The notes under the pieces were generated by a model that made no database searches, was not told the DNA's origin, and saw only the letters and a list, made by a program, of their open reading frames with translations. DNA of 64,000 nt from Bacilli bacterium (GTDB taxonomy: Bacteria > Bacillota_I > Bacilli_A > ML615J-28 > CAG-698). Numbering within the stretch: the stretch's first letter is position 1; each line of letters starts with the position of its first letter. This document shows positions 1 through 9,112 of this stretch, one piece after another. The stretch covers positions 7,303-71,302 of the forward strand of contig JAZLLM010000085.1 of the NCBI GenBank assembly GCA_045598145.1. Reading direction: 5' to 3'. The translations under genes and the position numbers were made by a program.

Positions 1-1399
1 GAGCTTGTTTAAAGTAAGACTTCAATTCGCTCAAATCACCTTTACTAATTTTATCCCAATTCAATGAACATTCTGCAAATTTTAACTGTTCTTCTGTAAC
101 AGTTACCCATGCATTATTTTCTTTATCCCAACTTGTTGAATCAGGAATATTATATAAAGCTTTAATGAAGGCAGTTAATTCTTCTTCACCACGATGACAA
201 ACACGATATTTACCTACCATACGATTATTATGTTTAATACCTTGTTTGTATTCATCTTTCGTTACATAACAACATTCACCATAATTATCAATAACTCTAA
301 CTTTACTATTATCAGATGTCATTTTAGGTTCATTAGAACAGAAAAATGTAATTTTGTCGTGAAAATCAATTTCGCTATTTTCAGGTGAACCAAGATAATA
401 AGTAATTTGCTGTGTTACAATATTATCTTTTTGCATTGTATAGTTTGGTTCGTTAGTTAATTCACGACCAGTAAGTTCTTTAATTTTATTTTTGTCAGGA
501 TTAATTGATTCTACTTGTAATGAAGCAATACCGATATATCTTTTAAAATCAGATACATTTTCTGTAGATTTTTTACCAATTTGAATTGCCATATTGCAAA
601 ATTTTTTAATAAGAGTTTTAAAATTATTTGATTTTTTCGTTTTAATTAAAGTATTAACTGTTTTAATCGGTTTTGGATCGATTTTATAATATTTTTGAAC
701 ACAATCTTTTACATATGCAAGAGAATTTGGAATTTCAAAAGAAGGAAACATTCCAAGAGGAGCTTTTGCAGAAGAATGGTTTGCTTTTGTTTGAAAATAG
801 TATTCGTTTTCACCATTTTCTCCATATTCAACTCTTGTCATTAAAACAATAGAATAAAACGATTCTGGTGGATTTTTCTGTAATTTTTTACCAATAACTG
901 AAAATACTTTCTTTTCAGAACCATCGGGTTGTGTAACCATCATCGTATGTCCCATAATAAATACAATTTGATCAGGACGTAATAAAGTATTACATAACAT
1001 ATTTAATTCAATAACGTCATTTGCAATATCTCTCCACTGATCAAATGTCATTTTCTTTCTATCGTTAAATTCTCGCATTGCAAGATAACAATTAATAGTA
1101 TCAATAGAAATCGTTTTAATCTCTGGTTGTTTTGCGATAAATTGCAAAATTTGTTTTAATTGATTAAAATCTGTAGGTTCTGAATAATTTCTTTGTTCTC
1201 TACCCCACATACCAGCTGGAAACGGTAAATCTTTTCCATCTAAATTAATAATGAAATGTGTTTTAGGATCTAAACCTTGATACAACTTCATATCAAATTC
1301 CATATTATCATTTAGTGGTAATTTACCATTTGAACCAACTATAGTTGCGGTTGTTTTACCGTCACCGCTATCCCCAAGAATTGCAACAATTTTTGCCAT
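1..1399 (-). CDS. P-loop NTPase (RecA-like/AAA_24-like), N-terminal ~466 aa; 3' end lies beyond window start
   Basis: Minus-strand ATG at 1397-1399. The frame is open to position 1, and no complete ORF is listed there, consistent with it running off the window. N-terminus MAKIVAILGDSGDGKTTATIVG is a Walker A motif; a later hydrophobic stretch IVFIMGH looks like a Walker B strand. Overlaps the helicase gene's 3' end by ~60 nt in another frame. Confidence 0.5.
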   Translation of the reverse strand, partial: MAKIVAILGDSGDGKTTATIVGSNGKLPLNDNMEFDMKLYQGLDPKTHFIINLDGKDLPFPAGMWGREQRNYSEPTDFNQLKQILQFIAKQPEIKTISIDTINCYLAMREFNDRKKMTFDQWRDIANDVIELNMLCNTLLRPDQIVFIMGHTMMVTQPDGSEKKVFSVIGKKLQKNPPESFYSIVLMTRVEYGENGENEYYFQTKANHSSAKAPLGMFPSFEIPNSLAYVKDCVQKYYKIDPKPIKTVNTLIKTKKSNNFKTLIKKFCNMAIQIGKKSTENVSDFKRYIGIASLQVESINPDKNKIKELTGRELTNEPNYTMQKDNIVTQQITYYLGSPENSEIDFHDKITFFCSNEPKMTSDNSKVRVIDNYGECCYVTKDEYKQGIKHNNRMVGKYRVCHRGEEELTAFIKALYNIPDSTSWDKENNAWVTVTEEQLKFAECSLNWDKISKGDLSELKSYFKQA

Positions 1400-2547
1400 A
1401 ATTTTTTAGTTTTAGTTTTTGTTTTAATTAATAAATTAACCGTACGTATTTTTTCAATAGTGTTATAAAATGTTTGAATTTGTGGATCGTTAGGTAATGG
1501 TAATTCTTGAAAGAAATTCACAGCACCGTCGAAATATAAAGGACAAATACCATTTTGATCACCTTCACGATTAACAATTACTTCTAAAAATCTAATATTA
1601 TTACGAAATTTAGTTATATCGTAACCTAAATATTCTTTTATTTCGTGACGAAACGGACTAAATAAACCTAACATAATATCAACATCTCTTGCAATAGTTT
1701 TAGAATCTCCTAAACCATTAGCACTTGGTCTTAATTTTTTAAGTTTAAAGTTTTCAGAAGATTCCACATCAGCTGCTTGTTGAACAATTTCAACAGGACT
1801 AATATTATATCTATTACGAAGTTTTACAAGATATGAAGATAGTAAATCCATTGATTGTTTTAAACTCAAACCACTTTCAGTTTGTACTAATCCTAAATGA
1901 TCAATAATCGGAATAAAATAATTATCTGGATCATTTGGTTCATAATAATCAAAAGCTTCAACTTGTTCTTTTTCGCCAGTGAATTTATTAGTTATAGTAG
2001 TATTTTTGTAATGTGTTTTACCATTTTCTATAATGTACGATTCTAACGATTTTTTAATACCTGTAGGATGTCTTTCAGGTCTAAATTCTACACATTTATA
2101 ATAAAAATCCATTATAGATGAATACGGTTCTTGTTTTAATAAATTAAGAATACTTTCATCTAATGGTTTATTTGATTTAGTAGATTTTAAATCTTTAGTT
2201 GTAATATGTATTTTACCTTGCGAACATCTATATAACAAATACGATATAAATCTTAATGTTATATTTTCTTGAGATTCTTCAAGATTATAATAATAAATTT
2301 TTATTCGTACCTGTTCAGCATGTTCGTAGGCATATAAAAGAGTATTATATAAAAATATATAATTAGCAACTTGAGTTTTTCCTATTTTAGTATTCGCAGT
2401 AATCATATATAATTTACCGTGCTCAATACCAACAAAATCATTACTAAATCTAATAAAAGGAGAGGGAATACAATTGATTCTACCGTCAAGAATATTTTGT
2501 CTTCTTTGTTGTAGAAAACTAATTAGTGAGTTATAATTTTCATTCAT
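1339..2547 (-). CDS. DnaB-like replicative helicase (RecA-fold C-terminal domain)
   Basis: 402 aa. LYMITANTKIGKTQVANYI resembles the DnaB Walker A region (LIIIAARPSMGKTAFALN). IIDHLGLVQ resembles the DnaB H3 strand. GDSKTIARDVDIMLGLF resembles DnaB SGSIEQDADLIMFIYR. By-eye motif matching only. Confidence 0.6.
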   Translation of the reverse strand: MNENYNSLISFLQQRRQNILDGRINCIPSPFIRFSNDFVGIEHGKLYMITANTKIGKTQVANYIFLYNTLLYAYEHAEQVRIKIYYYNLEESQENITLRFISYLLYRCSQGKIHITTKDLKSTKSNKPLDESILNLLKQEPYSSIMDFYYKCVEFRPERHPTGIKKSLESYIIENGKTHYKNTTITNKFTGEKEQVEAFDYYEPNDPDNYFIPIIDHLGLVQTESGLSLKQSMDLLSSYLVKLRNRYNISPVEIVQQAADVESSENFKLKKLRPSANGLGDSKTIARDVDIMLGLFSPFRHEIKEYLGYDITKFRNNIRFLEVIVNREGDQNGICPLYFDGAVNFFQELPLPNDPQIQTFYNTIEKIRTVNLLIKTKTKTKKLWQKLLQFLGIAVTVKQPQL

Positions 2548-3143
2548 TATTTTAAATCAGCAACCCAATTACTATTTTGTTGTGGCACTTCTCCATCTTC
2601 TATATATGCAATATAAGTAAGTAAATCAGATTTAAATTCGTTTTCACCACCTTTTTCTTCATTTTTATATATAAAAAACGGTAATGTGCGCATTGTAGTT
2701 AAATCACCATTAAAAGATTCAATATATTTTTTACAAGCTTCCCTAACTTTATCATAATCAAGTAATTCATGTAAATATTTATCTTGTAAAGTAGTTAATC
2801 GTTTTGTTAATTCAAAAACACTACATCTCCAAGATTTATTAGTATTCGGCTTAATGCCTTTTGGATACATATTTATTAAATCTTTAGCTAATTTAATTGT
2901 TTCTTCTTTATCAACAAAAGTTACGATTTTAGTATTGGTTACATCTTGAATTGTTTTTATGATATTAATATCATTTATATGATAACTTTTCGTAATAGGA
3001 TTTTTTGTTACTTGTCCACTATCTAAAAATCTTTGTAATAAAGTTTTTAATGATAAATTTTTATAAACAAACAATAAAGCTAAATATTCTTCTGTTGAAA
3101 TATGTTGTTCTTTTAAACGATTTTTATTAATTATCAAATCCAT
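2547..3143 (-). CDS. hypothetical protein
   Basis: 198-aa ORF, start overlaps stop of helicase gene (coupled). Confidence 0.4.
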   Translation of the reverse strand: MDLIINKNRLKEQHISTEEYLALLFVYKNLSLKTLLQRFLDSGQVTKNPITKSYHINDINIIKTIQDVTNTKIVTFVDKEETIKLAKDLINMYPKGIKPNTNKSWRCSVFELTKRLTTLQDKYLHELLDYDKVREACKKYIESFNGDLTTMRTLPFFIYKNEEKGGENEFKSDLLTYIAYIEDGEVPQQNSNWVADLK

Positions 3144-3305
3144 TATCTATGTCATTTTGTGTTAAGTTTAGATTTAAAATTTGTTTACATATAGTATTAA
3201 TTTGATTTACATTAGTTGGTTGTAATGGTGAATTAACATCATATATAAACCATTCTGTTCTAAAAGCATCCATTAATAATGCTAATTTTTTTAATCGTTC
3301 TTCCA
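3127..3305 (-). CDS. small hypothetical protein (59 aa)
   Basis: Hand-translated minus-strand ORF MEERLKKLALLMDAFRTEWF...NGFDN. It is below the 60-aa track cutoff and overlaps the next gene's start by ~17 nt. Confidence 0.25.
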
Positions 3306-3362
3306 TAATTTAATTAATAAGTGTAACATTTCAGGTTCGTCACCCATTAATTCTGTAATAAA

Positions 3363-3390
3363 ATCTCCTATTCCCGCAAATGGGAATAGG
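3363..3390 (-). terminator. rho-independent terminator (11-bp perfect stem CTCCTATTCCC/GGGAATAGGAG) downstream of lysin gene
   Basis: Perfect inverted repeat with 6-nt loop. On the minus strand it is followed by TTTTATTAC. Confidence 0.55.
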
Positions 3391-3411
3391 AGAATAATAC
3401 TAATTTTTGTT

Positions 3412-3936
3412 TTACAATTTTTTAACAATTTGTTTGATTTTCTTAACATAGTTTTTATCAGAAGCGTAATGTTTTTCTAAGTAATTGTAGTATTGTTTTT
3501 CATTTAAATTACTACAATATTTTGATTGAAAAAAAGCATAATCTATTACAGCATCATACCAAGTATTAAAGACGCAATATTCTTCGTTTCCAATATTCAT
3601 TGTTGGTCTTTTTGATGGTACTTTCATACCAAATAAATTATTTTTCAAAAGCATTTTTTCATCTGTCAGATTACCAGTTTCTAATAATGCCTGTGCTAAT
3701 ACAATTTTAGGATGTTCAACTTTAATATCTAATAAATATTGATATAAAGTTTCTTGTGATAAGATTTCAATTTCTTCATCGTTACATTCAACTACAACAT
3801 TTTGTTGTACAGGTTGTTCAATTCGTTTAATTTCTTTTTTAATTTTATTAATCGAACTATATTCTATACAATATGCTGTAAAAAAGAATAATACGATAAT
3901 TATTACTACAATATCTGCTTTATTAAGTTTTTTCAT
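3412..3936 (-). CDS. peptidoglycan hydrolase, glucosaminidase (FlgJ/mannosyl-glycoprotein endo-beta-N-acetylglucosaminidase) family with N-terminal membrane anchor
   Basis: 174 aa. N-terminal hydrophobic helix IVVIIIVLFFFTAYCI. Motif VLAQALLETGNLTDEKMLLKNNLFGMK matches the glucosaminidase signature A-x-A-x-LESGWG...NNLFGIK. Confidence 0.6.
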   Translation of the reverse strand: MKKLNKADIVVIIIVLFFFTAYCIEYSSINKIKKEIKRIEQPVQQNVVVECNDEEIEILSQETLYQYLLDIKVEHPKIVLAQALLETGNLTDEKMLLKNNLFGMKVPSKRPTMNIGNEEYCVFNTWYDAVIDYAFFQSKYCSNLNEKQYYNYLEKHYASDKNYVKKIKQIVKKL

Positions 3937-3938
3937 TG

Positions 3939-4127
3939 TTAATTTGTTCTAATTGTACGATATCTATTAATACATTGCTGTACCGTAAATTTCGTACTAT
4001 TTTCACTTAAATAATTAATTTTATCGATAACTTTTGAGATAGCATCCTTCATACTATTTTTACGATTAGTAATTGCTTGAAGAATAAGACGATCTTGTTT
4101 TTTGTTAAATTTTGATGTAAAAAGCAT
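3939..4127 (-). CDS. small hypothetical protein
   Basis: 62-aa ORF immediately upstream of the lysin gene; basic, no TM. Confidence 0.3.
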   Translation of the reverse strand: MLFTSKFNKKQDRLILQAITNRKNSMKDAISKVIDKINYLSENSTKFTVQQCINRYRTIRTN

Positions 4128-4146
4128 AACTTTAAATTTTAAATTA

Positions 4147-4968
4147 TTAAAAGATTTTATATAATGTTATATTATTATATTGTGAAATATCCCAATTTTT
4201 ATAAGAATTAGTAATAACTACTTTATCAAAAGTATTAGATAGTTTTTGTAAACCTTCTTCGTTAACAACATGTGTTACAGCAATATTAATAGGAATTGAC
4301 CATATTTTTCTTAATTGTTTAGCAATAGAAATAAATGTATTACCACCATCACATAAATCATCAATTAAGAGAATACTTTCTGGTTGAAAATCACGTTCAA
4401 TTTGTGTTAACGTTATATCTTGTTCAATAAATTTAATTTTACCAGTAGATAAATCACGTACTTTCTTAAATGTCATATATGGATTATTGCTATAATGTCG
4501 CAAATATCTTTGATATGCACCATGATCAGGAAAGCACATAATAGTATTTTTATCTATTAATAAATTACCAACATGTGTATATGGTAAATAAATACTATTA
4601 TTAATAAACGTTGTTGTTTTAGAAGAATGAGGTTCTAAAATATTAACTACTTGCGGTTTTAAATTATTAATAATATTACTGACAATTTGTAAACTACAAG
4701 ATTCATTAAAAGACATTAGTCTATCCATACGCATACTCATAAGATAAGTAATTTCTAATTGCCATTCAATTAAATGTCTATTTAATATATCACCTATCTG
4801 CATAAGAATAAATAAATCATTTGCTGAAACAATACGCATACGAATACAATATGTTTCTTTATGATCTATAACGTCTTCAAATACAAAATGTTGTTCACCG
4901 TCTTTAAAATTAATAATTTTAAATTTAATATCTGATAATTCTGGATTTAATAAATTAATAATGTTCAT
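4147..4968 (-). CDS. ribose-phosphate pyrophosphokinase (Prs/PRPP synthetase)-like phosphoribosyltransferase; candidate ADPR-PP synthetase (Adps-like)
   Basis: 273 aa. C-terminal PRTase motif SILLIDDLCDGGNTF resembles Prs VLVDDMIDTGGTL. TYLMSMRMDR resembles Prs PYFGYARQDR. N-terminus LNPELSDI..FKDGEQ resembles Prs GNATPELAQ..FSDGE. The R5P-binding DLHA..QIQGFF region is diverged (EPHSSKTTTF). ATGA overlap with the upstream NAMPT-like gene. Confidence 0.65.
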   Translation of the reverse strand: MNIINLLNPELSDIKFKIINFKDGEQHFVFEDVIDHKETYCIRMRIVSANDLFILMQIGDILNRHLIEWQLEITYLMSMRMDRLMSFNESCSLQIVSNIINNLKPQVVNILEPHSSKTTTFINNSIYLPYTHVGNLLIDKNTIMCFPDHGAYQRYLRHYSNNPYMTFKKVRDLSTGKIKFIEQDITLTQIERDFQPESILLIDDLCDGGNTFISIAKQLRKIWSIPINIAVTHVVNEEGLQKLSNTFDKVVITNSYKNWDISQYNNITLYKIF

Positions 4969-6482
4969 TTTATTGAATTTAAAACATTTTTACGAATTTC
5001 AGTTAATGATGTTTCTTTAGTTATTTGACCATTTTTAAATACAGTTTGTAAACAACCACGTTTTTCAAGTTGTTTATTTACTTGATCTGTAGCAAAATAT
5101 TGACCATTTTCATCTTTATTAATGAAAATTAAACCCTTTAATGATTTTTTAATACCATTATCTGTTTTAGGATTTTTAAAGATTTCGTGAGGTTTTTTAT
5201 TAATTTCACAATATGTTGCTTTAACAGCTTGACCTAGTTGATCTCTTGTATTATATTGATATGTAAATGAACCGTAACCTAATACTAAGTTACTTGCAGC
5301 AAATCCTTTATCTTCAAGACGTTGATATATTCTAATTTGTCTTTCTAAGTTAATAGAATCTCCATAAATTATACCAATATGGTCATCTAAAATCTTATAA
5401 CCTTTTTCGTTTATATAACCACCAAATTCATTCCATAATGTTTCATACGAACCTTGTTTAATAGCTTGTAAAGTTTCTGTATCATATTTATTTTTATATT
5501 CGTCATAAGCATAAGTATCCCATTCTTGATTAGTATAACCACATATAATATGAACTGGGTCACCGCTATCTGGACGTATAACAACACGTCCATCACGTTT
5601 CATAATATCGTTATGTAATAATTTAGTGTAATTTACAATAACATTCCAATAATCCCAAGTATCAGATACAATAGAAACATAACCTGTTGGATAAATTTCA
5701 TTAATTAAACGTTTATATGTTTCTAATTCATTAACATCACCGCCAGCACACATAACAGAATGTTCTGTTGCAGGAACAGTACCAGCAATTAATTCTTTTG
5801 CCGCATCGATATTATAATATTCTTCTAGTGCTTCAATAGCTGGAATAGTTTCACTACCAGTAAATGCTGTTAAATGTGCCATACCACTTAAAGTTGCTGC
5901 TTCTAATCCAGCCATACCACGCATTGAAAAATCGTGTACTAAAAAAGGATTAACATCAATACCTGTTTTTCGACAATGTTCTGTTAAAGTTTTTAAACCT
6001 AAACGAGCATGTGTAGCACTTGTAACTGGAAGCCATAACTCACAAGAAATTAAAGTTTCCAAATAATTAGTTAACCAGAAAAATTCAGGTAATGTATTTT
6101 TAATAGTCATATAAGGTACTCTAATAGGACATAATGTTCCTTCAGGTAATGCTTTAATTTCAATAGGAAGATAACCTAAATCATGAAGTTTTTCAATATG
6201 CTCTGTTCCTACATTATTAGGACCTAAAAACAAATCAATTCTTCTTTTAAAAGAAGCAATTACTTCTTCTTTAGAACGTTTAAAGAAATTGTTATTAAAT
6301 TCTTTAATAAGATATTTTTTAATAAAATATTGAATACCAAAAACTACAGCACCTTCAGATGCCATTGGAAAGAATTTACGAGAACGTGGTGTTAAATTAG
6401 AATACACCATTGTAGTTCCTTTAGGATATTGATTATGATGGCCTAATTTATAACCATCTGTTGCTAAAATGATATTTTTCAT
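4965..6482 (-). CDS. nadV: nicotinamide phosphoribosyltransferase (NAMPT/NadV) family; candidate Namat-like
   Basis: 505 aa with end-to-end similarity to NAMPT. IILATDGYK vs NILLATDSYK. LPIEIKALPEG vs LPIEIKAVPEG. FWLTNYLETL vs YWLTNWIETIL. VHDFSMRG vs LHDFGYRG. IRPDSGDP vs IRPDSGNP. IYGDSI vs IQGDGV. Confidence 0.85.
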   Translation of the reverse strand: MKNIILATDGYKLGHHNQYPKGTTMVYSNLTPRSRKFFPMASEGAVVFGIQYFIKKYLIKEFNNNFFKRSKEEVIASFKRRIDLFLGPNNVGTEHIEKLHDLGYLPIEIKALPEGTLCPIRVPYMTIKNTLPEFFWLTNYLETLISCELWLPVTSATHARLGLKTLTEHCRKTGIDVNPFLVHDFSMRGMAGLEAATLSGMAHLTAFTGSETIPAIEALEEYYNIDAAKELIAGTVPATEHSVMCAGGDVNELETYKRLINEIYPTGYVSIVSDTWDYWNVIVNYTKLLHNDIMKRDGRVVIRPDSGDPVHIICGYTNQEWDTYAYDEYKNKYDTETLQAIKQGSYETLWNEFGGYINEKGYKILDDHIGIIYGDSINLERQIRIYQRLEDKGFAASNLVLGYGSFTYQYNTRDQLGQAVKATYCEINKKPHEIFKNPKTDNGIKKSLKGLIFINKDENGQYFATDQVNKQLEKRGCLQTVFKNGQITKETSLTEIRKNVLNSIK

Positions 6483-6711
6483 ATTGATTTGGAATTAAAA
6501 TTGTAGGAAACAAGAATATTGTAGCAATTATCAGAGAAATCTTGAGTGATTTCTTGGTAACGATATACTCATCATCATATTTATCATAATCTATTTTAAC
6601 AAAAATAAATGCTACTATAGATATTGATAATGCTATAAAAGCTACCACAAATACTGTTACAGATATGGTGCTTAATCGACCTAATACATTTAAAAAATAT
6701 AGTTCCTTCAT
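6448..6711 (-). CDS. small membrane protein (two predicted TM helices; holin-like candidate)
   Basis: 87 aa; hydrophobic stretches STISVTVFVVAFIALSISIVAFIFV and LIIATIFLFPTILI. Confidence 0.35.
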   Translation of the reverse strand: MKELYFLNVLGRLSTISVTVFVVAFIALSISIVAFIFVKIDYDKYDDEYIVTKKSLKISLIIATIFLFPTILIPNQYEKYHFSNRWL

Positions 6712-6712
6712 T

Positions 6713-6970
6713 TTAATTAATATTTTCTTTTGATTTCCATTTTAGTTTTGCATCTTCAAAATCATAACAATTTCCTTTTGGATGTGAACAATATGTTCCA
6801 TTATTATATTCACATGTTATACATTTAAATTTATAATCATCATTATTACATTTTTTATTCTTTTTTACTTTGGTATCTTTATAATAAAACAAATGATACC
6901 AAATATCAAATATTAACATTGTATTAGCAAGAATTAGTGCTGCTAATACAAAAAATGCTATATTGCTCAT
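6713..6970 (-). CDS. small membrane-anchored Cys-rich protein
   Basis: 85 aa. N-terminal TM segment IAFFVLAALILANTMLIF, then CNNDDYKFKCITCEYNNGTYCSHPKGNC. Confidence 0.35.
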   Translation of the reverse strand: MSNIAFFVLAALILANTMLIFDIWYHLFYYKDTKVKKNKKCNNDDYKFKCITCEYNNGTYCSHPKGNCYDFEDAKLKWKSKENIN

Positions 6971-7383
6971 TCTTCATCTCCTTTCTTCTTGAAGCATCCG
7001 TCTCCTAATTCAGCTTCAAATATTGAACACAGCGGTGATTTATATGGATACGGGCAAGTTTTAGCCAAGTCGCAGTGGTCGCAAGGGCAGCCTTCGGTGA
7101 CATAGTGGTCAAACTCGTACACTGTTCCATCAATAATGATGGTATTCTTCGGCAGTTCCTTTTCCTTTAATTTGTGAACGAATTTATTGATCTGCTTCTG
7201 CTTGTGGTTCATCTTACGTAAGTAGAACCTTTCAAGGCTAAGCATAAAGTCTTGAAATTCCTCTACTGCATCCGCATTTCTTATTTTCGATGAAAGACCA
7301 CAGCATTCTGCTATTTTGGCAAATGCTTTCTCAAAATTTATTTTACATCTGTCATTTACAATTTTTAATTTGTTACTTTTCAT
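6967..7383 (-). CDS. Cys-rich hypothetical protein (putative Zn-binding), compositionally GC-richer than surroundings
   Basis: 138 aa with cysteine cluster CPCDHCDLAKTCPYPYKSPLC...GDGC. Local GC is visibly higher (~45%) than flanks. Start overlaps the upstream gene's stop. Confidence 0.4.
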   Translation of the reverse strand: MKSNKLKIVNDRCKINFEKAFAKIAECCGLSSKIRNADAVEEFQDFMLSLERFYLRKMNHKQKQINKFVHKLKEKELPKNTIIIDGTVYEFDHYVTEGCPCDHCDLAKTCPYPYKSPLCSIFEAELGDGCFKKKGDEE

Positions 7384-7829
7384 TCCTTACCTCCTTTCCA
7401 CTCATCTTTTGTTCCGATGAGCTTTGCGGTTTGCTCATTGTAGGGAAGGCATTGTTCGTACCTATCGTTGATGCAAACATATTTATATACACGTGCTTCT
7501 ATATCCACGTGACTAAAAATAGTTGCTCTCCATGTATTGTCATTATAACGAACAACTACCCTATCAAACGGCTCAAACTTAGGCTTTTCGGGAAGTTTAT
7601 ACTCCTTCATCCAACCGTTTGCAACTGCTTCTTTGAAATCATCTGAATTGGTCCTATGAGAAGCAATTAAGCCCAATGCGTTGACATAGTAAATCATTTG
7701 ACTGTTATTGTACATATAACCAAACATGGTGCTTCCACCAAATTCATCTTTAAGGATGTGGCGAATTTCATCCGCTCTTTCTTCATTGCCGACAATGTAG
7801 AGTATCGGCTCTCTGTGTGTGTTCTTCAT
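7380..7829 (-). CDS. hypothetical protein (GC-richer two-gene module with 6967..7383)
   Basis: 149-aa ORF; ATGA overlap with downstream gene; no recognisable motif. Confidence 0.45.
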   Translation of the reverse strand: MKNTHREPILYIVGNEERADEIRHILKDEFGGSTMFGYMYNNSQMIYYVNALGLIASHRTNSDDFKEAVANGWMKEYKLPEKPKFEPFDRVVVRYNDNTWRATIFSHVDIEARVYKYVCINDRYEQCLPYNEQTAKLIGTKDEWKGGKE

Positions 7830-7872
7830 GTTTTTTATTTTTTATAAAAATACTATTTTTTTAATACAAAAC

Positions 7873-7894
7873 GGGTGCAAATTCATTTGCACCC
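7873..7894 (-). terminator. rho-independent terminator (10-bp perfect stem GGGTGCAAAT/ATTTGCACCC)
   Basis: Perfect hairpin. On the minus strand it is followed by GTTTTGTATT. ~140 nt of non-coding sequence lies between it and the upstream gene end at 8038. Confidence 0.5.
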
Positions 7895-8037
7895 GATATT
7901 ACTGCATCGTTGTTTGTCGAAGGAAATATTTTTAGTTCTCCCTTCTTTGTTAAAAGTTCTAATAACACTTTTGCTCTGTCAATTGCTTCCTTTGGAACAG
8001 AATGAGCTCCACATCCGTTCCAGTCTGATTTTATCTG

Positions 8038-8238
8038 TCACACTTTATTTGAATTAATGAACAAATTTAAAATCTCATCAGACACTCCTAATTCATCCAG
8101 CTTCTTTATGATAGTCTCATCTGTATCTTTATCATCTATATCAATTATTTCATCTTCCGTATAATCATAGTCATCATACGGATTGTCTTCTTGATAAAAA
8201 TATTCTATAATATCAAAGTAAAGGTTTTGCAATTTCAA
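8038..8238 (-). CDS. small acidic hypothetical protein
   Basis: 66 aa, D/E-rich (DDYDYTEDEIIDIDDKD). Confidence 0.3.
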   Translation of the reverse strand: MKLQNLYFDIIEYFYQEDNPYDDYDYTEDEIIDIDDKDTDETIIKKLDELGVSDEILNLFINSNKV

Positions 8239-8692
8239 TGAGGTCTTTAAAATTGTTTAAAAATTCACCACGTAATTCTTTTGTTTTAAATGCAAGAATA
8301 TGGTTATTACTGAAATATTCTACTGGTATAATTTTTTCATTACTATTTACAATAGCAAATTTAGACTCTTTGACATCTGTCCAATCAGGTTTCCATCCAT
8401 CATTATAACAGTCTCTTAATTGAATAAGCTGACATAATGCAAGCATTGCTTCAGCAGTCCGTTTGTCTGGTAATAAGTTTTTATCCTGAGTCGGAAATCT
8501 ATATCGGCTTCTTTCGTATTTTTCTATTCTAGAAGCTAAATCAATAGCACATTCTCCTTTTTTAACAGAATGTTTTTCACAAAATTCCTCCCAACTTTTA
8601 GGAAATGTGTTTGCTTTTTTAAGCAAACCGAGTGTTACTGCTTTTTCTACATCTAAGATGTATATTTCATTATTTATTTCAATCTTTACCAT
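8213..8692 (-). CDS. hypothetical protein
   Basis: 159-aa ORF in a tightly packed minus-strand array. Confidence 0.4.
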   Translation of the reverse strand: MVKIEINNEIYILDVEKAVTLGLLKKANTFPKSWEEFCEKHSVKKGECAIDLASRIEKYERSRYRFPTQDKNLLPDKRTAEAMLALCQLIQLRDCYNDGWKPDWTDVKESKFAIVNSNEKIIPVEYFSNNHILAFKTKELRGEFLNNFKDLIEIAKPLL

Positions 8693-8696
8693 TTTG

Positions 8697-9056
8697 TTAT
8701 TTTTTTATTTGATTCATAAAATGTTTTGTAATTAAATCAAGATTCATCTTAATTTGTTGAAACACATCTACTTTAATATGTTTCATTTGATTAGGCCAAT
8801 CTGATATAATTATTTCATATTCGCATCTTGACATAAATGTATAGCGAGAAACATTAAAAACAAATTCTTCAAATTCTTCAAATGTTTCTGGCATTTTGGT
8901 TACTTGGCCAATTTTATCTACACTACACCATATTTTATATTTTCTACGTTTATCTTCTTCCCAATTTCTTAGAAAATACGGCATAATATCTAAATACTTT
9001 AAATCATTTTGATTTATGTCCCAATTAAGAACATAAAAAGGTTCTATTTCTTTCAT
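8697..9056 (-). CDS. hypothetical protein
   Basis: 119-aa ORF. Confidence 0.4.
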   Translation of the reverse strand: MKEIEPFYVLNWDINQNDLKYLDIMPYFLRNWEEDKRRKYKIWCSVDKIGQVTKMPETFEEFEEFVFNVSRYTFMSRCEYEIIISDWPNQMKHIKVDVFQQIKMNLDLITKHFMNQIKK

Positions 9057-9112
9057 ATTAAATTATTTAAAAAATACCTCTAATATATTTCTATATCAGA
9101 GGTATTTTATTA

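Noticed and set aside
194-388. Plus-strand ORFs 194..388, 7290..7646, 10233..10631, 13555..13785, 15574..15789, 19444..19782 and the many short opposite-strand ORFs inside large genes (e.g. 5411..5596, 16682..16879, 18337..18603, 24027..24236, 25025..25216, 35592..35789, 42754..43544, 54318..54557, 55871..56341, 57824..58024)
   Set aside because: These are antisense to or embedded within much longer, motif-supported genes; typical shadow ORFs of AT-rich DNA.
7895-8037. Small RNA between gene end 8038 and the terminator at 7873-7894
   Set aside because: Only evidence is lack of ORFs plus a downstream terminator. Equally explained as a 3' UTR of the upstream minus-strand operon.
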